A stretch of DNA of 64,000 nt from contig CAYFUZ010000001.1 of NCBI GenBank assembly GCA_964346675.1, positions 19,272 to 83,271 of the forward strand, in the 5' to 3' direction. Positions 52,364 through 60,387 of this stretch are shown one piece after another. The position numbers and the translations under genes were made by a program. The DNA is from an uncultured Oscillospiraceae bacterium. Its GTDB lineage: Bacteria > Bacillota > Clostridia > Peptostreptococcales > Anaerovoracaceae. Below the pieces are notes generated by a model that saw nothing but the letters and a program-made list of their open reading frames with translations, made no database searches and was not told where the DNA came from. Numbering within the stretch: position 1 is the stretch's first letter; each line of letters begins with the position of its first letter.

Positions 52364-53638
52364 ATGAAAAAGATTTTAGCTATTATGCTTGCGGTCGCCA
52401 TGGTGCTTTGCCTGGTGGCTTGCGGCGAAAAGGAAAAAGAAGGACATGCCGATGACGGCAAGAAAATCGCGTATGTTCTCACAGAGGTCGGTGACACATA
52501 TTCGCTCGGTCTCGGCAGCAGTTTTGCCACGGCCTTTAAGGCGGGCGGCGGTGAAGTTATAGAAGAATCCTTCCCAAAGGATACGACAGACTTTACTTCC
52601 TACCTTCAGAATGCAATCAACGGTTCGGCAGATGTAATCTTTGCTCCCAACTCGACAACGGTTGCCGCAAACCTGATTACTCAAGCTGCGGATAAGGGAA
52701 TAGACATTCCGCTTATGGCGGGTGACACCTGGGAGTCTTCCGTAATTCTCGATGCTGCGGACGGAACCGGTCTTGATGTTTATTGCTCCACCTTTTTCGA
52801 TGAAAACGACGATTCAGGCGCGGCAAAAAGTTTTGTTTCAGGCTTTAAAGATTGGCTCAATTCAAATCCGCAAGCAAAAACCAATAACGGCGGAAACGAC
52901 ATAGTTGCCGCAGTATCGGCCCTTGGCTTTGATGCTTATAATGTGGCTTACGCTGCAATCGAAAGGGCGCTTAACGCTGACGCCAAGGCCACATCGCTTG
53001 ACGTTGCTGCACAGCTTTGGGCTACTGACATTGCCGATGCTGTAACCGGCTCCATAAAGTTCGACCAGACCAAGGATGCCATAAAAGAATCGGCCTACAT
53101 TAAAAAGGCGGCATCCAAATCGGGATTTGATTTCATTACGGTGCAGACAGTTACCAATAATGCGGCTCAGGGAAAGGCATTGGACTACAGCGCTCTCAGC
53201 TCCTCAAATCCTGTTGTTAAGGACGGAACGGTTTATATAGGTGTTTACCAGCCGCAGTCCGGTGCTAACGGTGCAGGCGGGAAACAGGAAGTTCTCGGTA
53301 TTCAGTACGCAAACTTCGTGAAATCGACTGTTGCGGCAGGCGGAAAGACATATAAAGTAGAGCTCGTAATCGTTGATAACGAATCCGATGACAATAAGGC
53401 GGTTTCCGCGGCTTCCGAAATCGTAAACAAGGGAGCTTGCGTATCGCTTGGTTCTTACGGTTCCGGTATATCCATCGCGGCGGCAGACACCTTCTATAAT
53501 GCAGGTGTTCCCGCAGTGGGTTGCTCTTGCACCAATCCTTTGGTAACGGAAGGACATGATCTTTATTTCAGAATATGCTTCCTTGACCCGTTCCAGGGCG
53601 GAGTAATGGCGCAGTTCGCGCTCGGCAGGATTAAGTAA
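52364..53638 (+). CDS. Branched-chain amino acid (LivJ/Peripla_BP_6-type) ABC binding lipoprotein with apparently circularly permuted segment order
   Basis: Lipobox LCLVAC. Residues about 35-280 resemble the C-terminal two thirds of LivJ-type proteins, and residues about 285-424 resemble the usual N-terminal third. It heads the livHMGF-like genes. Start at ATG 52364, 6 nt after GGAGG. Confidence 0.8.
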   Translation: MKKILAIMLAVAMVLCLVACGEKEKEGHADDGKKIAYVLTEVGDTYSLGLGSSFATAFKAGGGEVIEESFPKDTTDFTSYLQNAINGSADVIFAPNSTTVAANLITQAADKGIDIPLMAGDTWESSVILDAADGTGLDVYCSTFFDENDDSGAAKSFVSGFKDWLNSNPQAKTNNGGNDIVAAVSALGFDAYNVAYAAIERALNADAKATSLDVAAQLWATDIADAVTGSIKFDQTKDAIKESAYIKKAASKSGFDFITVQTVTNNAAQGKALDYSALSSSNPVVKDGTVYIGVYQPQSGANGAGGKQEVLGIQYANFVKSTVAAGGKTYKVELVIVDNESDDNKAVSAASEIVNKGACVSLGSYGSGISIAAADTFYNAGVPAVGCSCTNPLVTEGHDLYFRICFLDPFQGGVMAQFALGRIK

Positions 53639-53653
53639 TCAAAAAGTTTTCGC

Positions 53654-53687
53654 AGGTGCGGCGACTTGATTGCCGCACCTTGTTTTT
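53654..53687 (+). terminator. Intra-operon terminator or attenuator hairpin after the binding-protein gene
   Basis: Perfect 9-bp stem AGGTGCGGC / GCCGCACCT, 9-nt loop, then TGTTTTT. Confidence 0.65.
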
Positions 53688-53711
53688 GTGTTAAGCCTAC
53701 AGGGGCAAATT

Positions 53712-54584
53712 ATGAATTATCTACCTTATCTTTTAGCAGGCCTTTCCGTCGGAAGTCAATATGCGCTCATAGCCATAGGCTACACCATGGTCTATGGTAT
53801 TTTGCGATTGATAAACTTCGCTCACGGAGACCTGTTCATGGTTTCGGGCATACTTATGGTTTATATTTCAGCCTCGATGCCGTGGTATATATCCATACCT
53901 TTTGTTTTGATACTGACAGTAATAATAGGCTTTCTTATCGAACGCTGCGCTTATGCACCCTTGCGCTCATCTCCGAGGATGTCTGTAATGGTGTCGGCTA
54001 TAGGAGTTTCCTATCTGCTTCAGAATCTCATATACTACATCACTGGAGGACTGGCGAAGCAGTATCCCGCTCTTCCCGTGCTGTCCAAGAGAGTTAAGTT
54101 TTTCGGCATAGGTGATAAGCTGGTAATATTTATCACTCCCGTTATTGTAATCATACTGATGATTTTGCTTGTTTTGCTCATTAATCACACAAAGGCAGGC
54201 ATGGCAATGAGAGCTGTTTCACGAGATTTTGAAACAAGCCGTCTCATGGGTATCAAGGTTGACAGAGTTATAAGCACTACATTTGTCATTGGTTCTTTTC
54301 TTGCAGGTGTAGGTGCGCTTTTGTACTTTTCGAAATATACAGGCGTTCAGCCGACATCCGGCGCGCTGCCCGGTCTTAAGGCTTTTGTTGCAGCCGTATT
54401 CGGCGGCATAGGATCCATTCCCGGAGCCGTTGTGGGAGCTATCATTATCGGTGTTGTTGAAAACTTCGCTGTTGCTTTCGGTATGTCCACGTACAAAGAC
54501 GCCTTTACGTTTATATTGCTCATTGTTATTCTTATCGTTAAGCCGACAGGCATATTCGGTGAGAAGACCGTCGATAAAGTTTAG
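53712..54584 (+). CDS. livH: Branched-chain amino acid ABC permease (LivH-type)
   Basis: About 290 aa. The N-terminus L..GLS.GS.YALIAIGYTMVYGIL..INFAHGD is highly typical. Start at MNYLPYL. Confidence 0.9.
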   Translation: MNYLPYLLAGLSVGSQYALIAIGYTMVYGILRLINFAHGDLFMVSGILMVYISASMPWYISIPFVLILTVIIGFLIERCAYAPLRSSPRMSVMVSAIGVSYLLQNLIYYITGGLAKQYPALPVLSKRVKFFGIGDKLVIFITPVIVIILMILLVLLINHTKAGMAMRAVSRDFETSRLMGIKVDRVISTTFVIGSFLAGVGALLYFSKYTGVQPTSGALPGLKAFVAAVFGGIGSIPGAVVGAIIIGVVENFAVAFGMSTYKDAFTFILLIVILIVKPTGIFGEKTVDKV

Positions 54585-54595
54585 GAGGCCGCGTT

Positions 54596-55666
54596 ATGCG
54601 AAAACAGTTAGGAAAGGATGCGGTATTCAACATTGTCGTAACAGCTGCTGTTGTGATAACAATGTTTATTATTCAGTCCGTGTTCCCGCAGAGCAGCACC
54701 ATAGTCAACGTTTGTAAAAAGACGTGTATTTATGCGCTTGCTGCGGTAGCAATGAATCTGCTTAACGGTTTCACCGGACTATTTTCACTCGGGCAGGCGG
54801 GATTTATGGTAATAGGCGCATATACTTATGCGGTTCTTACCATTCCGGTTGCAAACAGGGCGGTGGTATATTATCAGACCAACGGTGGCGCTATTAATTT
54901 CTGCCTCCCCGTACTTTTGGCGCTTCTGCTCGCGGGGCTTGCGGCAGCCTTATTCGCGTTTCTTATAGGTCTTCCTGTGCTTAGGCTTAAGTCCGATTAT
55001 CTTGCTATAGCCACCTTGGGTTTTGCGGAAATAATCAGAACGGTAATTCAATCTACGGACCTTTTGGCCATAACAAACGGCCCTAATCCCATAAGTCAGT
55101 TTAAAGGCTTTTCAAGTCTTATGTCTTATGTGATATGCGCAGGGATGTGCATCGCTTTCATAGTGCTGCTTATACATTCTTCCTATGGCAGAGCATTCAA
55201 GGCTATAAGGGACGATGAAATAGCGGCGGAAGCCATGGGAATAAATTTGGCGCATCATAAAAGAATGTCATTTACGGTATCGTCCTTTTTCATGGGACTT
55301 TCGGGAGCAATGCTCGCGATGTATAATTCTTCGCTTTCCGCAACGACATACACTTCGGCAATGACCTACGAGATTTTGCTTATAGTGGTAATAGGAGGCA
55401 TAGGATCAATATCAGGAAGCATTACGGCGTCGTTTCTTTTCATAGCCTCATCCGAATGGTGGCTTAGATTCCTTGATTATGAGACAAAAATAGGAGAGTT
55501 TAAACTTCCTCTTTTGCGCGGAGGATTCAGAAAGGTTGTTTTTTCCGTAGCGATAATGATAATAGTGCTCTTCTTTAACAGGGGACTGTTTGGCGACAAA
55601 GAGCTTTCCGTGTCTCGTATAACGGACAAGTTCAGACGCAAGACAGCAAAAGGAGGTGAGCGATAA
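54596..55666 (+). CDS. livM: Branched-chain amino acid ABC permease (LivM-type)
   Basis: 356 aa polytopic protein with GQAGFMVIGAY and LRLKSDYLAIATLGFAEI motifs. AGGAGG RBS. Confidence 0.9.
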   Translation: MRKQLGKDAVFNIVVTAAVVITMFIIQSVFPQSSTIVNVCKKTCIYALAAVAMNLLNGFTGLFSLGQAGFMVIGAYTYAVLTIPVANRAVVYYQTNGGAINFCLPVLLALLLAGLAAALFAFLIGLPVLRLKSDYLAIATLGFAEIIRTVIQSTDLLAITNGPNPISQFKGFSSLMSYVICAGMCIAFIVLLIHSSYGRAFKAIRDDEIAAEAMGINLAHHKRMSFTVSSFFMGLSGAMLAMYNSSLSATTYTSAMTYEILLIVVIGGIGSISGSITASFLFIASSEWWLRFLDYETKIGEFKLPLLRGGFRKVVFSVAIMIIVLFFNRGLFGDKELSVSRITDKFRRKTAKGGER

Positions 55667-56520
55667 TGAAAACGATGCTTAAACTTGAAGATATCACCAT
55701 GCAGTTCGGCGGCGTAGTAGCCGTTGACAATCTGTCTTTAAGCGTTGCCGAGGGGGAAATAGTGGCCCTTATAGGACCGAACGGGGCAGGGAAAACCACG
55801 GCCTTTAACTGTATCACGGGAGTTTATCAGCCCACGAACGGCCGAGTTATTTATAAGGACAAAACCATAGTGTCCGCTCATCCTACGGGGAAAATGAAAA
55901 AAAATTATCTGGGTATCAATGCGGAAAAATACAAGGATTTCCAGCAAATCGACCCGACCCCTGATCGTATAACCGAACTGGGCATAGCGAGAACTTTCCA
56001 GAATATCCGTCTTTGGAAGTCCATGACCGTATTCGAGAATGTTCTTGTCGCGAAGCATATGAGGGCCAAGCAGAATATGTTTTCAGCAACTCTTCGCCTG
56101 TCACATTCGGAAGAACTAAAAATGAAACAAGAGGCGGCGGAGCTGCTTCAAGAACAGGATCTTCTGCAGTATAAGGATGAGCTGGCGGTAAGCCTTCCTT
56201 ACGGTCTTCAAAGACGCCTTGAAATAGCAAGAGCTCTGGCAACTGAACCGCAGCTACTGCTGCTTGATGAGCCTGCGGCCGGAATGAACCCGCAAGAGAC
56301 GCAGGAGCTTGGAGAATTCATAGTAAAAATCAAAGATGCGCATAAGCTTACAATTTTTATGATAGAACATCACATGGAATTGGTAATGCAATTTTCAGAT
56401 CACATATACGTAATAGATTTTGGCAAAGAAATATGCAACGGGACGCCTGAGACAGTACAAAACGATCAACGTGTTATAGACGCATATTTGGGGGTGGCAG
56501 ACGATGAGCAATGTGCTTGA
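55666..56520 (+). CDS. livG: Branched-chain amino acid ABC ATPase (LivG-type)
   Basis: 284 aa. FGG..AV, Walker A GPNGAGKTT, ARTFQN, LPYG.QRRLEIARAL, LLLLDEPAAG. Contains an extra segment of about 25 aa after the Walker A region. Confidence 0.9.
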   Translation: MKTMLKLEDITMQFGGVVAVDNLSLSVAEGEIVALIGPNGAGKTTAFNCITGVYQPTNGRVIYKDKTIVSAHPTGKMKKNYLGINAEKYKDFQQIDPTPDRITELGIARTFQNIRLWKSMTVFENVLVAKHMRAKQNMFSATLRLSHSEELKMKQEAAELLQEQDLLQYKDELAVSLPYGLQRRLEIARALATEPQLLLLDEPAAGMNPQETQELGEFIVKIKDAHKLTIFMIEHHMELVMQFSDHIYVIDFGKEICNGTPETVQNDQRVIDAYLGVADDEQCA

Positions 56521-57223
56521 AGTTAAAGACCTTCGCGTAAATTACGGGGGCATTGAAGCTGTTAAGGGTATAACCCTGGAGGTCCCGGAAGGCAAGATAG
56601 TGACTCTTATAGGGGCAAACGGGGCGGGTAAAAGCTCCACGCTCAGAACTATAGCCGGCCTTGAAAAACCTACGTCCGGCAGCATTTTTATGAACGACTT
56701 CGACATCAGCGGAAAAGATCCGACGGAAATCGTTAAAAAAGGAGTAACTCTGGTTCCCGAAGGAAGAAGGGTTTTCCCCGATTTAAGTGTCCTTGAAAAC
56801 CTTAAAATAGGCGCATATCTGAGAAGTGACAAGGTCGAAATTCAGAAGGATATCGAATGGGTGTACTCCCTTTTCCCGCGCCTCGAAGAGCGTCATTGGC
56901 AGCTTGCCGCGACTCTTTCGGGCGGAGAGCAGCAGATGTTGGCTGTAGGAAGAGCCCTGATGAGTCGTCCGAAAGTCATGATGATGGACGAGCCGTCTCT
57001 TGGACTTGCTCCCATAATAGTCAGAGATATATTCGGTATTATCAGTACCGTAAATAAAGAGGGCGTAACCATATTACTGATTGAACAAAATGCCAATATG
57101 GCGCTTAAGCTTGCTGACTATGCTTACGTTCTTGAAACGGGTCACATAATCAAAGAAGGAACAGGTGCTGAACTCTTGGCGGATGAGTCCGTAAAAGAGG
57201 CTTATCTTGGAAAGAAAAAATAA
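56504..57223 (+). CDS. livF: Branched-chain amino acid ABC ATPase (LivF-type)
   Basis: 239 aa. Walker A GANGAGKSS, PEGRRVF, LSGGEQQMLA, MMMDEPSLGLAP. Confidence 0.92.
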   Translation: MSNVLEVKDLRVNYGGIEAVKGITLEVPEGKIVTLIGANGAGKSSTLRTIAGLEKPTSGSIFMNDFDISGKDPTEIVKKGVTLVPEGRRVFPDLSVLENLKIGAYLRSDKVEIQKDIEWVYSLFPRLEERHWQLAATLSGGEQQMLAVGRALMSRPKVMMMDEPSLGLAPIIVRDIFGIISTVNKEGVTILLIEQNANMALKLADYAYVLETGHIIKEGTGAELLADESVKEAYLGKKK

Positions 57224-57285
57224 ACTTTTAAATATGGCATTAATAAGTAAAGTGTTTAATTTTAAAGAAACAAAATAATTGATTG

Positions 57286-57309
57286 AAAACGGGTGTAAAA
57301 CCCGTTTTT
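57286..57309 (+). terminator. Rho-independent terminator after livF
   Basis: Stem AAACGGG / CCCGTTT, 7-nt loop, T5 tract. Confidence 0.6.
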
Positions 57310-57310
57310 A

Positions 57311-57319
57311 TGATATAAT
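57311..57319 (+). promoter_or_regulatory. Extended -10 element (TGaTATAAT) ending 9 nt before the ATG at 57329
   Basis: Read from the sequence. There is no Shine-Dalgarno sequence in the 9 nt before the start codon. Confidence 0.35.
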
Positions 57320-57328
57320 TTTCTGGTT

Positions 57329-58666
57329 ATGAGAATACTTACTGTAATAGCCGGAATACTGGTGTCGGCCTGCGGAGCTTTCTGTTTTGCTGTTTACCAG
57401 AATGCCTTTGCCGATGTTGCCTTTCTTGTGGGATTAGTGATGGTCGTTGCGGGGGGCTGCATCGTGGCTGCGTACCTCGTATCCGGGCGGGGAAACAACA
57501 GAACGACAGATACATCTTTGGTAGAGGGACTTGGAACGCTGCTCTACGGTTTTGCCGTGTTAAATAATCAGGTGACGGATAATACTCTGACCATGTTCTT
57601 CGGAACATGGCTTACGCTTTGCGGCATAACAAGAGTATCACAGAGCTTTTATGTGAGTCGCTTCAGGCCTCAGGACTGGGCAAAAATCATGCCTTTGGCA
57701 GCCATTACAAGCATGCTCGGTGTAGTAATGATGATGCCGAAACTCGTATCCGCGGTAATGCCGCTTATGCTTTTGGGAGGGGCTTTTATTCTGGACGGAT
57801 TGTCGATGCTTATCTACGCTATGTTCATGAAGAAAAGCGATGTTACTTCTTCCGAGGCGGAGGCTAAAGCTCACGAAAGAGCGGCGGCAAAAAAAGCTCT
57901 TGCGATAGAAAAACGAAAAGAGCGAGACCGCCTGCGTTCTCTTTCCAAACAGGAAAGAGAGGCCGAGCAGGAACGTCAGAAACAGCAGCGTGAAATCGAA
58001 GAAGAGGAGAGGCGCAGAGCCAAAGCCGAGGCAAAAGCGGCAAGAAAAGCCAAGGCCCGCCCCGCAACGGAGCGGACTATACAGTTTACACCGGAGGAAA
58101 CGGCTCAAATAAAGGCTGCAGACAGTCAAGCGGGTATGGAGCCGAACAGCGTTACTGAGACAGACAACGATGAGCCGGACAAGAGTGCAGCAGAAGGGAA
58201 CGGGCATCCGGCTCCGGCTAAAGATATAATAAAAGAAAGCATTCAGCCGGCCGCAGATAGAGCGGAAGTTTCTTTGGCAAAACCCGTTTGGCAAAAGCCT
58301 ACGGAAATACCGAGCTTAAGAGCAAGCGCTATTGAGGAGCGGGAGAACTTCAAGGAAGAGGATTTCATACCCAAGCCCCTTACGTTTACCGCGGTAAATC
58401 TCGAAGAGATTGAGTCTCAGAAGCCTCCCGAAATAAAATTTGAAAAGGTGGAGCTGCCTGAGTTTACGCTTGCATCTGAAACAGGAACCGTAGATCGCAA
58501 CGATGTGCTCAATAAGATAGACAACATCATTCTTAAACACGAGGGTGTAGACTATACTCCAATAAATCTGGAAGAACTTGTTGCAGAGCCTTTGGGAAAA
58601 CCCTATGACCCGGAGGAATCCAAGCGCTTTACTCAGACGCTCAATTTTGACTGGCTGGAGGATTAA
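57329..58666 (+). CDS. Membrane protein: HdeD/DUF308-like multi-TM N-terminus plus long charged, low-complexity C-terminal region
   Basis: 445 aa. About six hydrophobic segments in the first ~165 aa, then a Glu/Lys/Arg/Ala-rich stretch (EKRKERDRLRSLSKQEREAEQERQKQQREIEEEERRRAKAEAKAARKAKA) and an acidic tail. It ends 2 nt before gpmI. Confidence 0.6.
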   Translation: MRILTVIAGILVSACGAFCFAVYQNAFADVAFLVGLVMVVAGGCIVAAYLVSGRGNNRTTDTSLVEGLGTLLYGFAVLNNQVTDNTLTMFFGTWLTLCGITRVSQSFYVSRFRPQDWAKIMPLAAITSMLGVVMMMPKLVSAVMPLMLLGGAFILDGLSMLIYAMFMKKSDVTSSEAEAKAHERAAAKKALAIEKRKERDRLRSLSKQEREAEQERQKQQREIEEEERRRAKAEAKAARKAKARPATERTIQFTPEETAQIKAADSQAGMEPNSVTETDNDEPDKSAAEGNGHPAPAKDIIKESIQPAADRAEVSLAKPVWQKPTEIPSLRASAIEERENFKEEDFIPKPLTFTAVNLEEIESQKPPEIKFEKVELPEFTLASETGTVDRNDVLNKIDNIILKHEGVDYTPINLEELVAEPLGKPYDPEESKRFTQTLNFDWLED

Positions 58667-58668
58667 AA

Positions 58669-60183
58669 ATGAAAGCAGGGCCTGTAATGCTTCTTGTAAT
58701 GGACGGCTTCGGCTTGGCTCCCCCCTCATCCGGGAACGCCATATGTGCGGCAAAGACCCCGAACCTGGATGCTTTGTTTGAAGAATGCTCACACGCAAAG
58801 CTTAATGCGAGCGGACGTTTTGTCGGTCTGCCTGACGGGCAAATGGGAAATTCCGAGGTGGGGCATACAAATATGGGTGCAGGCAGAGTTGTATGGCAGG
58901 AACTCAGCAAAATAAGCAACAAAATAGCGGATGGCAGTTTCTTCAAAAACAATGCGCTGCTTGAAGCTATGGAAAATGCAAAAATCAATTCATCCGCCTT
59001 GCACGTTTTTGGTCTTATGTCCGATGGCGGGGTTCATTCGCATATAGATCATATCAAGGCTGTGTGTGATTTAGCAAAGCGCTGCGGAATTGAAAGACTT
59101 TATGTACATTGTTTTACGGACGGAAGGGATACTTCTCCGACATCAGGAGCTTCATATATCAGTGAAATGGAAAAATATCTGCATACGCTCGGGCTCGGCA
59201 AGGTCGGAAGTGTAATCGGCAGATACTATGCCATGGACAGAGACAATCGCTGGGAGAGAGTCAGGGAGGCCTATGACGCATTGACTTGCCCGGCGCCGTC
59301 AGCCAGCATCAGCGGAACTGAGATTGTCGAGTCTCTCTACGCGATTGGAGAGACTGATGAGTTTATCCGGCCGAGAATATGCGGAGGATTTAAAGGCATA
59401 AAGGATGGAGATTCTATAGTTTTTGCTAATTTCAGACCGGATAGGGCAAGGCAGCTGACAAGAGCTTTTGTTGATCCCGATTTTGAGGGATTTGAAAGGA
59501 AATGTGTCATTAGGGACCTTTGCTACGTCTGCATGACGCAGTACGATGTGACAATGCCCAATGTGCTTGTCGCTTACCCGCCGGAGGAGCTGAAGAACAC
59601 TCTCGGTGAATACGTTTCAGGACTAGGGCTTACCCAGCTCAGAATCGCGGAAACCGAAAAATACGCGCATGTTACTTTCTTTTTTAACGGTGGAATAGAA
59701 CAACCTTATCCCGGAGAAGAAAGGATACTTGTTCCGTCACCCAAAGTTGCTTCTTATGATCTTAAGCCGGAAATGAGCGCTTATCAAGTTACCGACAAGG
59801 TGATTGGGAAAATCAAAGAAGGCAAAACCGATCTGATTATAATGAACCTGGCTAATTGTGATATGGTAGGGCACACGGGAGTTTTTGAAGCGGCTGTTAA
59901 GGCTGTTGAAGCGGTTGATACCTGCATTGGCAGGATAAATGAAGCAATAAATGAAAGCCGCGGAAAACTTATTATTACCGCCGACCATGGAAATGCGGAC
60001 AGAATGTTGGATGAGGATGGTAAAGTGTTTACGGCACATTCTACAAACCCGGTTCCCGTAATACTTGTAGGTGATGACCGCAGATTAAAAGACGGCGCTC
60101 TTTGCGATTTGGCACCGACTCTCCTTGAGCTTATGGAACTCGACAAGCCTGCGGAAATGGAGGGCTCAAGCCTTTTGGTTTAG
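58669..60183 (+). CDS. gpmI: 2,3-bisphosphoglycerate-independent phosphoglycerate mutase
   Basis: 504 aa. DGFG, GNSEVGHTN, SDGGVHSH, TDGRD, ADHGNA. Confidence 0.96.
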   Translation: MKAGPVMLLVMDGFGLAPPSSGNAICAAKTPNLDALFEECSHAKLNASGRFVGLPDGQMGNSEVGHTNMGAGRVVWQELSKISNKIADGSFFKNNALLEAMENAKINSSALHVFGLMSDGGVHSHIDHIKAVCDLAKRCGIERLYVHCFTDGRDTSPTSGASYISEMEKYLHTLGLGKVGSVIGRYYAMDRDNRWERVREAYDALTCPAPSASISGTEIVESLYAIGETDEFIRPRICGGFKGIKDGDSIVFANFRPDRARQLTRAFVDPDFEGFERKCVIRDLCYVCMTQYDVTMPNVLVAYPPEELKNTLGEYVSGLGLTQLRIAETEKYAHVTFFFNGGIEQPYPGEERILVPSPKVASYDLKPEMSAYQVTDKVIGKIKEGKTDLIIMNLANCDMVGHTGVFEAAVKAVEAVDTCIGRINEAINESRGKLIITADHGNADRMLDEDGKVFTAHSTNPVPVILVGDDRRLKDGALCDLAPTLLELMELDKPAEMEGSSLLV

Positions 60184-60259
60184 ATTTCCGCAGTTTCAGT
60201 TCTCCCGAGACAATTTCCAGTCTTTGTGTTCAGAATAAAGCAATGACGTAAAAAGAAAG

Positions 60260-60285
60260 AGCAAGAAGTCGAGCTTGCTTTTTTA
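60260..60285 (+). terminator. Rho-independent terminator after gpmI
   Basis: Stem AGCAAG / CTTGCT, 8-nt loop, T6 tract. Confidence 0.55.
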
Positions 60286-60387
60286 TATGTAAAAACCATG
60301 ATTTCAGCACTGATTATGGTATACTAAATAAAATATGCGAAGGCATATTGATTTATAAAATAAATACATTAAGGACAGTGAATTATT

